Of a DNA stretch of 64,000 nt, positions 21,672 to 31,522 are shown piece by piece. The position numbers and the translations under genes are program-made. The stretch is from assembly GCA_050015075.1 (NCBI GenBank), contig JBEKCB010000024.1:21660-85659 (forward strand), read 5' to 3'. The notes beneath the pieces were generated by a model. The model was not told where the DNA came from, made no database searches, and saw nothing but the letters and a program-made list of their open reading frames with translations. Each line of letters begins with the position of its first letter. Positions within the stretch are counted from its first letter, which is position 1. The DNA comes from Candidatus Brocadiia bacterium. Lineage in GTDB: Bacteria; Planctomycetota; Brocadiia; CAIUPP01.

Positions 21672-22487
21672 ATGAAGCGTGAGGTTCGAAACGCGAAGTC
21701 CGAGCGCGCCCGCGGCAACATCGTCGAAATCTTCAGCGGGATCCAGGGCGAGGGAATCCACGTCGGGCGGCGGCAGATTTTTCTGCGGCTGGCCGGATGC
21801 AACCTGGCGTGCGATTACTGCGATCAGCCGGAGGCGCGGATCGTTCCTGCCCTGGCCCTGATCGAGCGGGCGGCGGGACGGAGGAATTTTATCGCCGTGC
21901 GCAATCCGCTCGGCGTCGAGCGGACCGCGCGCGCCATCCTGAAACTCGATCAGCCGCGCGGGCTGCATCACGCCGTCAGCGTGACCGGCGGCGAACCGCT
22001 GATGCAGGCCGGGTTCCTCGCCGCGCTGCTGCCGATCCTCCGGCGCGCGGGGCTGCGGGTGCTGCTGGAGACGAACGGGACGCGGCCCGAGGAGTTCCGC
22101 GCCTTGCGGCATCTGGTGGATATCGTTAGCATGGACTTCAAGCTGCGGTCGTCCACCGGCCGCGCGATGCCGACGAATGCGCACCGGGAATTCCTCCGCC
22201 TGGCCGCGCGCGGCGGAAGGGAAGTTTACGTTAAGGCGGTGGTGTCGTCGCGCACGACCGGCGCGGAGATCGCGCGCGCGGCGGGGCTGATCGCGGCGAT
22301 CAAGCGCTCGGTCCCGCTGGTGTTGCAGCCGGTGACCCGGCGCGGCCGGCTTGCCCGCCTGCGCGGCGGGCGTTCTCCGGCGCCGCCGGACGCGGCGCGG
22401 CTGCTCAAGCTCCAGGCGGCGGCCGGGAAAGTCCTGCCGGATGTCCGCGTGATCCCGCAGACGCATAAGATCATCGGGCAGAGATAG
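21672..22487 (+). CDS. queE: 7-carboxy-7-deazaguanine synthase (radical SAM)
   Basis: EIFSGIQGEG, FLRLAGCNLACDYCD, TGGEPL, ETNG, QP, PQTHK. Confidence 0.93.
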   Translation: MKREVRNAKSERARGNIVEIFSGIQGEGIHVGRRQIFLRLAGCNLACDYCDQPEARIVPALALIERAAGRRNFIAVRNPLGVERTARAILKLDQPRGLHHAVSVTGGEPLMQAGFLAALLPILRRAGLRVLLETNGTRPEEFRALRHLVDIVSMDFKLRSSTGRAMPTNAHREFLRLAARGGREVYVKAVVSSRTTGAEIARAAGLIAAIKRSVPLVLQPVTRRGRLARLRGGRSPAPPDAARLLKLQAAAGKVLPDVRVIPQTHKIIGQR

Positions 22488-22499
22488 CAGAAATCGCGC

Positions 22500-22558
22500 T
22501 CGTCCTCGTCGTCCTCGGCCTCGAATTGACGTTCCAGACGGCCGAGGACGAGGACGAT
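22500..22558. repeat. CGAGGACGA-family hairpin element
   Basis: TCGTCCTCGTCGTCCTCGGCC...GGCCGAGGACGAGGACGA; related element at 37651-37723. Confidence 0.55.
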
Positions 22559-22604
22559 GCGCGGCTTATTAGACAGTCGCTGGTGATATTGGCGGCGGAG
22601 ATTC

Positions 22605-23171
22605 ATGCCGAGGAAGTTTAAATTCTGCCTGCGCTGCCGCCGGACGATCGCGGAGAATGAAGTCGAGCGCGGGCTGTTCGTCCAGACGCCGAACGGCATG
22701 CTGTGCGCCACGTGCGCGCAACAGCTCGACGAGGAGACCGAGGCGGCGAAGCAGCTCGCCGCGGCCCAGGCGCCCGTTCCGGCCGATCCGCCCGTTGCGG
22801 CCGAGCCGGCTGTTGTGGCGCCGATCGAGGAGAAACCCGCGCCCGTTCCGCCGGCCGAGCCCCCAGCGCCCGTTGCGCTCGATCCGCCGGCGCCGACGGC
22901 CGGCACACCGGCGGCCGATCCTCAATCCGGCGGTCCCGAACCGCCGGCGGAACTTCTCGACGACATCCGCGAGCACGTGGAGGCAATCCATCGGACGCTC
23001 GTGTTCGAGAAGAGTTCGCCATGGAACGTCCTGGCGACCATCGCGCAGTGCCTGGCCTTCGGCATGCTGATTCTCGGCGCGATCAACTGGGCCGATAACC
23101 CGATGCACCTGCTGCTCGTCGCCCTGATTTTCCAGGTCATGGCGCTGACATTTTTCGTTCGAGCGAAATGA
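22605..23171 (+). CDS. Hypothetical membrane protein (CxxC..CxxC, Pro-rich linker, two C-terminal TM helices)
   Basis: CLRC...CATC, PA-rich segment, hydrophobic C-terminus; GGAG RBS. Confidence 0.7.
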   Translation: MPRKFKFCLRCRRTIAENEVERGLFVQTPNGMLCATCAQQLDEETEAAKQLAAAQAPVPADPPVAAEPAVVAPIEEKPAPVPPAEPPAPVALDPPAPTAGTPAADPQSGGPEPPAELLDDIREHVEAIHRTLVFEKSSPWNVLATIAQCLAFGMLILGAINWADNPMHLLLVALIFQVMALTFFVRAK

Positions 23172-23180
23172 GGACGGCTC

Positions 23181-23329
23181 TCACTGCGACGACACTACGA
23201 GCACGACGGGAGATCGTTACCAACAAAGGAAGCTCTTCTTACGCGTTGTGCCAGTCGTATCGCCGTGGTAGAAACCGGCTTCGCTGTTGAATGAATTCGC
23301 ACGTCGTGCCCGTAGTGTCGTCGTGGCGA
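23181..23329. repeat. ACGACG-family palindromic element, copy 3
   Basis: TCACTGCGACGACACTACGAGCACGACG ... CGTCGTGCCCGTAGTGTCGTCGTGGCGA. Confidence 0.7.
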
Positions 23330-23356
23330 AAAAAGCTTTGTTGATGGAGTTCTCGC

Positions 23357-24445
23357 ATGGAAAAAGTGGTCAAAGAGATTCGCGACGTCGCGCAGGAGGT
23401 GAATACGCGAATCCTTCACGGCCGGAAGCCTTCGATGAACGTGCCGGTGCGCTCGCTGGGCAACGTGAGCTACCGCCCGAAGCAGGGGTTCTTCCAGTTG
23501 AAGGGAGCGGAGATCGAACGCACGCTCACGGTCAACACGGTCAAGACGTTCGCGCAGACGCTGCGCATGATGTCGCTCTCGAAGATGCACGTCGAGCAGG
23601 CCAAGCATTCCTCGAAACGGGAGGCGTACTACATCAGCAAGAACTGGGGCGAGGCGCGGTTCCTGGAGCAGGACGAGTCGGACGCGATCATGGACGACGT
23701 GGAGGCGATGCTCCACGTCAACCGCGAGCAGCTCAACTTCCGCGCGGACGAGCACGGCGGCTCGGTCGCCGGCGAGCTGGTCGTGGTGGACCGTGATCGC
23801 AAGAGCGGAAAAAAGCTGGAGATTGATTGCTCGCGTTTCGGATCGGGCAGCTATACCGTGCCGAGCGTGGTCGAGCAGCTGGAGTTCCGGACCAAGGCGA
23901 AGTTCATCCTGGCCATCGAGACCAACGGCACGTTCGAGCGGCTGGTCGAGGAGGGCTATGCGACGAAATCGCACTGCGTCCTCGTCGCGATGGGCGGCGT
24001 GCCGAGCCGGGCGTGCCGGCGCTTCGTCCGGCGGCTGGCCGACGCGTACAGCCTGCCGGTTTACGTCTTCACCGACGGCGATCCGTATGGCTACTTCAAC
24101 ATCTATCGCACGCTCAAGGTCGGCTCCGGCAACGCGGCGCACCTGAACGAGTTCTTCTGCGTTCCGCAGGCGCACTACCTCGGCGTAACGCCTTACGACA
24201 TAGAGACTTATAAGCTGAACGACTGCACGCATCCGCTCCAGCAGGTGGACATCAAGCGCGCGCAGGACGCGCTGAAGAACGACCCGTTCGTCCAGCATTA
24301 CAAGGAATGGCAGGCGGCGATCCACCTGATGCTGAAGATGGGCAAGCGCGTCGAGCAGCAGGCTTTCGCCAAGCACGGGCTGGAGTACGTCGTCACGAAG
24401 TACCTGCCGGACAAGCTGAAGCATCCGGAGAAGTTTTTGCCGTAG
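23357..24445 (+). CDS. top6A: DNA topoisomerase VI subunit A (Spo11-like)
   Basis: REAYY (catalytic Tyr), F.EQ.ESD, AIE, GVP.R..R, TDGDPYG (TOPRIM), GS...AH, EQQA. Confidence 0.93.
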   Translation: MEKVVKEIRDVAQEVNTRILHGRKPSMNVPVRSLGNVSYRPKQGFFQLKGAEIERTLTVNTVKTFAQTLRMMSLSKMHVEQAKHSSKREAYYISKNWGEARFLEQDESDAIMDDVEAMLHVNREQLNFRADEHGGSVAGELVVVDRDRKSGKKLEIDCSRFGSGSYTVPSVVEQLEFRTKAKFILAIETNGTFERLVEEGYATKSHCVLVAMGGVPSRACRRFVRRLADAYSLPVYVFTDGDPYGYFNIYRTLKVGSGNAAHLNEFFCVPQAHYLGVTPYDIETYKLNDCTHPLQQVDIKRAQDALKNDPFVQHYKEWQAAIHLMLKMGKRVEQQAFAKHGLEYVVTKYLPDKLKHPEKFLP

Positions 24446-24526
24446 CGGCAGTGGGATTAGATACTGATTCTTCGAATTTCGATATCTGGAAAGAAGTGCG
24501 ACTGGCGTCCTGAGCCGGCGGTTCAG

Positions 24527-25177
24527 TCACTCCTTTTCCACGTTATCGCTCTTCGTCAGGATCACCTGCCGCGCGGTCGGATGGCGCGCGAACCACGGAA
24601 TCAGGAGCGCTGAATAAGCCGTCAGCGGGTCGAGCGCCAGGCCATCCTGTAGTTTGCCGAGATAGAAGGCTGTCGGCCGCTCCATCTTTCCCGCGAGCCG
24701 GCCCATTTGCAGGAGAATTTCCGGCGCGTTCACATAGATCTTGACCGTAGGCGAGTACCAGACTCCGCGCGTGCCGGCCAGGTAACAGTACGCGCAGCCG
24801 TAAGGGCAGAAACCGTAGGGTGAGAAATGCCAGTAATTCGGGCAACTATTTCCTTTTTCTTCGCTGAACCGCACCGATGAGGCCAGTTCACCGAACACCA
24901 ATGTGCGTTTGCCCGCCCTGTGCCGCGCCAGCGGTTGAGATAAGCCGAGGTCAAGCCGGTTGTGACTAATTCCTCTGCAATCCGCGACCTTCGCTTGCGG
25001 GTAGAGCGCGCCAATGCGCTCCACAAAGCGCCTCCGTTCGGCGGTGGAAACGCTCCCCTTGGTCAGAACGACACGCTCGACCTCGAAGTGCATGGGACGA
25101 ACAGGCTGATAGCCATCAGGCAGTTTAGGCGCATCGGCAAGCCGTTCGAATAACCGGCTGGGCTTCCGTTGTTTCAT
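24527..25177 (-). pseudogene. Spore-photoproduct-lyase-like radical SAM, C-terminally truncated
   Basis: FSPYGFCPYGCAYCYL, GKLQD.LALDP, LTKS, then a stop after 216 aa; the rest of the barrel is not found downstream. Confidence 0.65.
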
Positions 25178-25178
25178 C

Positions 25179-26129
25179 TCAAGGCGCTTCCTCAGGGAAC
25201 AGTGGCAAAGAAGTGTCTTGTCGCCGTCCCGGCCCTCTTGGCTGATCGGCCGCGCTCTCGAAGAGGAACTCCGACGTGGGATCGTGTTCCCGGAACCGTT
25301 GCGCGGCTAACGCGGCGTCATTCACCGCATAGCAGTACGCGCAGCCGTGCAGACAAGTGTCATATTCGCCGATGTCGCGCGACTCATAACAACCGCACGT
25401 TTTCCGATGGCCCTTGGAGCCGGCGCTGATCTTGCGTCCGGCCAGCTCGCTCAACCGTTTCGCGTCCACGCAATGCGCATCCGCTGCGCCCGGAACCAAG
25501 AATTCCCGTTGCGCGCAGATCGAAAGCTGAATGTTCTGCGACCTGGCGATCTGAGCCAGGGCCGCCGCCAACATCTTCTTCTCCTCCGCCGGCGGATCAC
25601 GCCATTCGAAGCCGAATCGCCGAGCGGCATTGTCCATCTGTCGGACCGTCTTCTTGTAGGGATGAAGGAAAGAGATGACCACCTCGTCCGTCGAGCCCGA
25701 AAGCGCGCGCGCCGGCCGTTCGAAGTTACGCAGATGAAAATCCGGTGGCGTCAGCGACGAGATCACCACGGTGTCGTAACGCCATACGCAGACGCGCTTG
25801 CCAAAAGCCCCGCTGATCTCCCGCAGCAATTTCGCCGACTCCTGCGCATCTGGAACGCAGGGCTCCAGTTCTTTCGGCAAGCCGTTGATCCCATATTGAA
25901 TCACGAAAGGATACGCTCGGTCGCGAATCTCCGGAAGCTGGCCGCCAAAGGACCTGAGGTCCTTCGTCCAAAAGACGAATCCGTCTACATCCTCTCGACT
26001 AAGAGAAACCCGCGCCGCTTGTCCGCCGTAGGGGTTGCGCACCATGCAGTAGCCCGCCCGCAACCGGTTCATGAACCAGTCGCCGTAAAAGGCCGGGATA
26101 TCCGTCCTGTAGCTAGCGGAGATGATCAT
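25179..26129 (-). CDS. DUF1848 family protein
   Basis: MIISASYRTDIPAFY, NP, VFWTK, WRYD, C.C..S.DIG.YDTC.HGC.YCYA. Confidence 0.9.
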   Translation of the reverse strand: MIISASYRTDIPAFYGDWFMNRLRAGYCMVRNPYGGQAARVSLSREDVDGFVFWTKDLRSFGGQLPEIRDRAYPFVIQYGINGLPKELEPCVPDAQESAKLLREISGAFGKRVCVWRYDTVVISSLTPPDFHLRNFERPARALSGSTDEVVISFLHPYKKTVRQMDNAARRFGFEWRDPPAEEKKMLAAALAQIARSQNIQLSICAQREFLVPGAADAHCVDAKRLSELAGRKISAGSKGHRKTCGCYESRDIGEYDTCLHGCAYCYAVNDAALAAQRFREHDPTSEFLFESAADQPRGPGRRQDTSLPLFPEEAP

Positions 26130-26216
26130 ATCGGCCCACTTTTTGAATCCGCAGCCTCGCCTTCGCTCCTGCAAGTTCAGCCTTTCGGCCCGTCAGCACA
26201 TCAGCGCACATCGAGT

Positions 26217-26672
26217 TCATGGCACGGACACGACTTGAATCCCACTGCGACTCAGCAACTCGCCTGTGATCCTTTCGTGGTCACAGCAAGGACTGCCACG
26301 CTTCAAGTAAGCCCAGCGCGCTCCGATGATTTGCGCCATCTCGAGGACATACTTCGAGCCGTTGACGCATCCCTCCGTGAGGTCTTCGCCGGTCCGCTCA
26401 TCAATGAAACGCAGTCCGCCGTCGAGCACCTGGGCGCCCGTCCCCTTGAGATAGGCTCCGCTGCGCGGTGTGGGAAAGCCTCCAACCTGCTCTGGACATA
26501 CCGGAACCAGAACAAACTTTTTCTTCAGGTGCTCGATCAGATCGTCACGCCTCTTGGCACGGCGTCCGTGCCAGCGACAGGGAATGCCTAGAAAGCACGC
26601 GCTGATCAGGACCGGTTTCTTGAACGGTCGCGTCTCCTGCTCGAAGAGCCTGGATTGATGTTCTATGCCCAT
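26217..26672 (-). CDS. DUF523 / 2-thiouracil desulfurase (TudS)-like Fe-S protein
   Basis: ISAC.LG..CRW.G, PVCPEQ.GG.PTPR, LK.GSPCC. Confidence 0.85.
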   Translation of the reverse strand: MGIEHQSRLFEQETRPFKKPVLISACFLGIPCRWHGRRAKRRDDLIEHLKKKFVLVPVCPEQVGGFPTPRSGAYLKGTGAQVLDGGLRFIDERTGEDLTEGCVNGSKYVLEMAQIIGARWAYLKRGSPCCDHERITGELLSRSGIQVVSVP

Positions 26673-26674
26673 GC

Positions 26675-26900
26675 TTAACCCTCCACGATGATTCTTCGCC
26701 AGAAGCGATGCCGCCATCCCATGCAGAACTTCAGTTGCAGGCACTTGCCGCATTGGATGCTGCTTTCAACCGCCAGAGTCTTGGTCTGGCGGTCAAACCG
26801 TTTGCACGGAAAGCATTCTACCATGCAGAAGCCGCAGTCCAGGCAGTTGATCATACGTTTAATGAGCAAGTCGGTCACTCGTTCCGATACTGATCCCCGC
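26675..26900 (-). pseudogene. Remnant C-terminal 4Fe-4S dicluster domain
   Basis: NCLDCGFCMVECFPC...SSIQCGKCLQLKFC; upstream sequence is AT-rich and does not look coding. Confidence 0.45.
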
Positions 26901-27082
26901 CGAGATGGGGTGTGCGCTTCATGGTTGACAGAGGTGCTTGCGCGGGGCATACTGAGTAACCGAGGAGCGTGAGATGCCATACAGATTGTATTTGGAGACG
27001 TCGGTGCCAGCCGCTGGGCTATTCGCGCACAATGAACCATCGGCGCTCGAAGATTTGTCGCATGAAAAAAGCGGAATGTGGC

Positions 27083-27111
27083 TTGACATATCAGAAAGAT
27101 TATGATAGACT
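27083..27111 (+). promoter_or_regulatory. sigma70 promoter upstream of glnS
   Basis: TTGACA-17 nt-TAGACT with TGn extension. Confidence 0.6.
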
Positions 27112-27273
27112 GCCTGTCGCGGCTGATGGGTCGCAACATGCTGTGGGAACAAGGGTTGATGCACATAAAGCGATTTGAAAAAACGAATCCAATTTGTCAT
27201 AACCGGCTCTGCTGAGATATGTTGGCGCACATTTATCGTAACTATCATTATGGAAACAGGTTAGCACAAAACC

Positions 27274-28992
27274 ATGAAGACACAGAAGGGTGACGAAGGC
27301 AGCGCACCGACTGTTGCGCCCACGGATTTTATCCGCGAGGCGGTGAAGGAAGACCTGCGCACCGGGCGCTTCGACCGCGTCCACACGCGCTTCCCGCCGG
27401 AGCCGAACGCCTATCTCCACATCGGCCACGCGAAGGCGCTCTGGATTGATTTCGGCATCGCGCAGGATTTCGGCGGACTGTTCAACCTGCGGTTCGACGA
27501 CACGAACCCGGCCAAGGAAGAGCAGGAGTTCGTGGACGCCATCATCGAGGACGTGCGCTGGGTCGGCGCCGACTGGGGCGACCGGCTGTTCTTCGCCTCG
27601 GACTATTTCGAGCGGATGTACGCGTGGGCCGTGGAGCTGATCCGCAAGGGCAGGGCGTATGTCTGCGACCTGACCGCCGACGAGGTCAGCGCCCATCGCG
27701 GCACGCTGACGCGGCCGGGCAAGGACAGCCCGTTCCGGGACCGCTCCGTCGCCGAGAACCTGGACCTCTTCGCACGGATGCGCGCCGGGGAATTCCCGGA
27801 CGGCTCGCGGACGCTGCGCGCGAAGATTGACATGGCCTCGCCGAACCTCAACCTGCGCGACCCGATCATGTACCGCATCCTGCACGCCACGCACCACCGC
27901 ACCGGCGACGCGTGGTGCATCTACCCGATGTACGACTGGGCGCACGGGCTGGAGGATTCCATCGAGGGCATCACGCACTCGCTCTGCTCGCTCGAGTACG
28001 AGAACCACCGGCCGCTGTACGACTGGTTCCTCGACCAGCTCGGCATCTACCACCCGCGCCAGATCGAGTTCGCGCGGTTCAACCTGACGAACACGGTGAT
28101 GAGCAAGCGCAAGTTCATCGAGCTGGTCGGGGCCGGGATCGTGAAGGGCTTCGACGACCCGCGGCTGCCGACGCTGGCGGCGATGCGGCGGCGCGGCGTC
28201 ACGCCCGAGGCGATCCGCGATTTCTGCAGGCGCATCGGCATTGACAAGAAGGAAAACCGCGTGGACGTGCAGTTGCTCGATCACTGCCTCCGCGAGGACC
28301 TGAACCGGCGCGCGCCGCGCGTGATGGGCGTGCTGCGCCCGCTGAAACTCGTGATCGAGAACTATCCCGAAGGCCAGGTCGAGGAACTCGACGCGGTCAA
28401 CAACCCTGAGGACGCGAGCGCCGGGACGCGCAAGGTGCCGTTCTCGCGCGTGCTCTACATCGAGCAGGAGGACTTCCGCGAGGTGCCGCCGCCGAAGTAT
28501 TTCCGGCTGTCACCGGGCGTCGAGGTGCGGCTGAGATACGCCTATTTCGTCAAGTGCGTCGGGGTGGTCAAGGACCCGGCGACCGGCGCGGTGACGGAAC
28601 TGCGCTGTACGTACGACCCGGCGACGCGCGGCGGCGACTCGCCCGACGGGCGCAAGGTGAAGTCCACGCTGCATTGGGTCTCGGCCGCGCACGCGCTCGA
28701 GGCCGAGGTGCGCCTGTACAACCCGCTTTTCACCCAGGAGAACCCCGACGACGTGCCGGAGGGCGCGGATTGGAAGGCGGGCATCAATCCGAACTCGCTG
28801 GAGGTCCTGACCGGCTGCCGCGTCGAGCCTGTTCTGAAGGGCGCTGCGCCGGGCGGACGGTTCCAGTTCGAGCGCCTCGGCTACTTCTGCGTGGATCCCG
28901 ATTCCGCGAAGGGCGGCCTGGTCTTCAATCGCACCGTGACGTTAAAAGACGAATGGGCGCGGATCGAGAAGGGCGGGAAGAAGGTACAATAG
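27274..28992 (+). CDS. glnS: Glutamine--tRNA ligase
   Basis: [43 protein letters not shown]. Confidence 0.97.
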   Translation: MKTQKGDEGSAPTVAPTDFIREAVKEDLRTGRFDRVHTRFPPEPNAYLHIGHAKALWIDFGIAQDFGGLFNLRFDDTNPAKEEQEFVDAIIEDVRWVGADWGDRLFFASDYFERMYAWAVELIRKGRAYVCDLTADEVSAHRGTLTRPGKDSPFRDRSVAENLDLFARMRAGEFPDGSRTLRAKIDMASPNLNLRDPIMYRILHATHHRTGDAWCIYPMYDWAHGLEDSIEGITHSLCSLEYENHRPLYDWFLDQLGIYHPRQIEFARFNLTNTVMSKRKFIELVGAGIVKGFDDPRLPTLAAMRRRGVTPEAIRDFCRRIGIDKKENRVDVQLLDHCLREDLNRRAPRVMGVLRPLKLVIENYPEGQVEELDAVNNPEDASAGTRKVPFSRVLYIEQEDFREVPPPKYFRLSPGVEVRLRYAYFVKCVGVVKDPATGAVTELRCTYDPATRGGDSPDGRKVKSTLHWVSAAHALEAEVRLYNPLFTQENPDDVPEGADWKAGINPNSLEVLTGCRVEPVLKGAAPGGRFQFERLGYFCVDPDSAKGGLVFNRTVTLKDEWARIEKGGKKVQ

Positions 28993-29099
28993 CGTTGACA
29001 CGTGCTCGCTGGAGATCGTCCCTCGACTCGGACCCGCAGGCGGCGTAGAATGATCAGGGTGATCTCTCAAGTTGTTGACGCGAAGGAGGGTCATCGGGA

Positions 29100-29345
29100 A
29101 TGACGAAGCAAGAATTGCTTTCCCGCATCCGAATCTCTCCGGACGTATGCTTCGGGAAGCCTTGCATCGCCGGCCATCGCATCTGGGTCTCTCTCATTCT
29201 GGACCTGCTGGCTAGCGGCGCGACGATCCCGGACGTCCTGAAGCAATATCCGGGTATCACCGAAGAGGACGTTCTCGCCTGCATCGCCTACGGCGCCGAG
29301 ATGTCGCGCGAACGGTACGTTGAGATTCCGGCGGGCCAGAAGTGA
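29100..29345 (+). CDS. DUF433 family antitoxin
   Basis: RI...P.VCFGKPCI.GHRIWV..IL..LA.G.....+L..YP.+...D+.AC+AY. Confidence 0.92.
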   Translation: MTKQELLSRIRISPDVCFGKPCIAGHRIWVSLILDLLASGATIPDVLKQYPGITEEDVLACIAYGAEMSRERYVEIPAGQK

Positions 29346-29710
29346 AACTGAAGCTCGACGAGAATCTGGGAGCGCGCGGCGCGGAGATCTTGCGTCAGGC
29401 GGGGCATGACGTGGCCACGGTGCCGGATCAGCGGCTGTGCAAAGCAACGGACCGCTCGTTGATCGCAGCATGCTCGGCGGAGTCTCGATGTCTCGTAACG
29501 CTCGATCTGGATTTCTCCAATCCATTACTTTTCAAGCCATCGGATTACTGCGGCATCGCAGTGCTTCGTCTGCCGCCGCAAGCTTCAGCCGAGCACCTGT
29601 TTTCTGCGATTCGCGTACTGGCTGAAGGCCTCCATCGCACCGAAATTGCGGGAAGACTTTGGATCGTGGAAACGCAACACATCCGCGAGTACCAAGAAAA
29701 TGCCGACTAG
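29342..29710 (+). CDS. DUF5615 (VapC45-type) PIN-like toxin
   Basis: MKLKLDENL, GHDV.TV, D..+, R.LVTLDLDF, GI.VLR. Confidence 0.9.
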   Translation: MKLKLDENLGARGAEILRQAGHDVATVPDQRLCKATDRSLIAACSAESRCLVTLDLDFSNPLLFKPSDYCGIAVLRLPPQASAEHLFSAIRVLAEGLHRTEIAGRLWIVETQHIREYQENAD

Positions 29711-29739
29711 CAATCGGCATCCACTGGCGGCCGATGTCG

Positions 29740-29869
29740 GTTCGAGCGTCTCGGCTACTTCTGCGTGGACCCGGATTCCGCGAAAGGCGGCCCGGTCTTC
29801 AACCGCACCGTGACGCTCCGAGACGAATGGGCGCGGATCGAGAAGGGCGGGAAGAAGAAGCAGGAGTGA
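29740..29869 (+). pseudogene. Displaced duplicate of the glnS 3' end
   Basis: Encodes [42 protein letters not shown], near-identical to 28866-28992. Confidence 0.92.
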
Positions 29870-29958
29870 TGATGGATGAGCAATGAAGTGGTTTCCATCG
29901 TCCATCATCATTCATCACTCGGACCTCTCACTTCCTGAGTTCCGCCGCTTTCCCGCAC

Positions 29959-29987
29959 TTGACACTTCCGCCTCGCCCGTTTACCCT
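29959..29987 (+). promoter_or_regulatory. sigma70 promoter of gltX
   Basis: TTGACA-17 nt-TACCCT. Confidence 0.55.
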
Positions 29988-30020
29988 GTGTCCACCCAAT
30001 TCCATTCAAGGCGATGAGTT

Positions 30021-31487
30021 ATGGCAGAGACGGCGAACCGGCCGGTGCGCGTGCGCATCGCGCCGAGCCCTACCGGCGACCCGCACGTCGGGACCGCGTA
30101 CGTGGCGCTTTTCAATTACGCCTTCGCGCGACGGAACGGGGGCAGGTTCCTGCTGCGCATCGAGGACACCGACCGCGAGCGCTCCACGCTGAAGTCCGAG
30201 CAGGCGATCCTGGATTCGCTGCGCTGGATCGGCCTGGCCTGGGACGAGGGCCCCGACGTCGGCGGGCCGTTCGCGCCGTACCGCCAGTCCGAGCGCGGCG
30301 AGATCTACCGCAAGTGGACCTCCGAGCTGGTGGCGAAGAAGGCGGCCTATCCCTGCTTCTGCTCGGCCGAGCGGCTCGACGCGCTCCGCCAGGAGCAGCG
30401 CGCGAAGAAGATGGACTTCGGCTATGACGGCGCCTGCCGCAGTCTGCCCGAGAGCGTCGTCCGCGAGAAGCTCTCCGCCGGCGCACCGCACGTCATCCGG
30501 CTGGCCGTGCCCAAAGAAGGCGAGACGCGCGTGCACGACCTGATCCGCGGCGAGGTGGTGTTCCAGAACGCTGGTGTGGACGACCAGGTGCTGCTGAAGT
30601 CCGACGGCTTCCCCACCTACCACCTGGCCAACGTGGTGGACGACCACCTGATGAAGATCACGCACGTGATCCGCGCGGAAGAGTGGATTTCCTCGACGCC
30701 GAAGCACGTCCTCCTCTACCGCGCGTTCGGCTGGGAGCCGCCGGTTTTCGTCCACATGCCGCTGCTGCGCAACAAGGACAAGAGCAAGATCAGCAAACGC
30801 AAGAACCCCACTTCGCTGCTGTGGTACCGCGAACAGGGATACCTGCCGGAGGCGCTGCTGAATTTCCTGGGGCTGATGGGCTGGTCCATCGCGGAGGACC
30901 GCGAGGTGTTCTCGCTCGACGAGATGATCCGCGAGTTCGCCTGGGAGCGCGTCTCGACCAGCGGGCCGGTGTTCGACCTGCAGAAGCTCGACTGGCTCAA
31001 CGGCGTTTACATCCGCAAGCTGCCGCCGGCGGAATTGGTCCGGCGCATCCGCGAGAATGTGCTCAAGGAGGGCGCGCCAGACGACGCGGCGGTGCTCAGG
31101 ACGATCCCGCTCGTGCAGGAGCGCATGAAGAAACTCAGCGACTGGATTCCGCTGACGCGGTTCCTTTTCTCCGACGAAGTGAAGCCTGCGCCGGCGGACC
31201 TGGTGCCGAAAAAGTGCACGGCCGAGGAGGCGCAAAAGTGCCTGGACGCGGTCGTCGCCGCGCTGCAAGCGGCGCCGGCGTGGGCCGCCGACGCCCTGGA
31301 GGCGCGTTGCCGCGCGCTGGCCGCCGTGATTCCCATGAAGGAAAAAGATATATTCATGTGCATGCGTGTGGCGGTGACCGGGACAGCGGTCTCTCCGCCG
31401 CTTTTCCAGAGCCTCGAGCTGCTGGGGCGCGAGCGGACGCTGGCCAGGCTCGGCGCCGCGCGGGCGGCGCTCGGGGGCGCGGCGTAG
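30021..31487 (+). CDS. gltX: Glutamate--tRNA ligase
   Basis: RIAPSPTGDPHVG, RIEDTD, PYRQSER, PTYHLANVVDDH, KISKRK. Confidence 0.97.
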   Translation: MAETANRPVRVRIAPSPTGDPHVGTAYVALFNYAFARRNGGRFLLRIEDTDRERSTLKSEQAILDSLRWIGLAWDEGPDVGGPFAPYRQSERGEIYRKWTSELVAKKAAYPCFCSAERLDALRQEQRAKKMDFGYDGACRSLPESVVREKLSAGAPHVIRLAVPKEGETRVHDLIRGEVVFQNAGVDDQVLLKSDGFPTYHLANVVDDHLMKITHVIRAEEWISSTPKHVLLYRAFGWEPPVFVHMPLLRNKDKSKISKRKNPTSLLWYREQGYLPEALLNFLGLMGWSIAEDREVFSLDEMIREFAWERVSTSGPVFDLQKLDWLNGVYIRKLPPAELVRRIRENVLKEGAPDDAAVLRTIPLVQERMKKLSDWIPLTRFLFSDEVKPAPADLVPKKCTAEEAQKCLDAVVAALQAAPAWAADALEARCRALAAVIPMKEKDIFMCMRVAVTGTAVSPPLFQSLELLGRERTLARLGAARAALGGAA

Positions 31488-31522
31488 GCGCGGCGGGTTC
31501 TTTGAGTGCGAGGACACAGGAG

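Noticed and set aside
19813-24452. Identical 16-mer TTGCCGTAGCGGCAGT spanning the stop codons of queC and top6A
   Set aside because: One 16-bp match within 64 kb of GC-rich DNA is compatible with chance; there is no third copy or mechanism.
30683-31522. 398-aa ORF apparently fusing an unknown domain to STAS
   Set aside because: The upstream part overlaps gltX in another frame; STAS has its own RBS and ATG at 31523.
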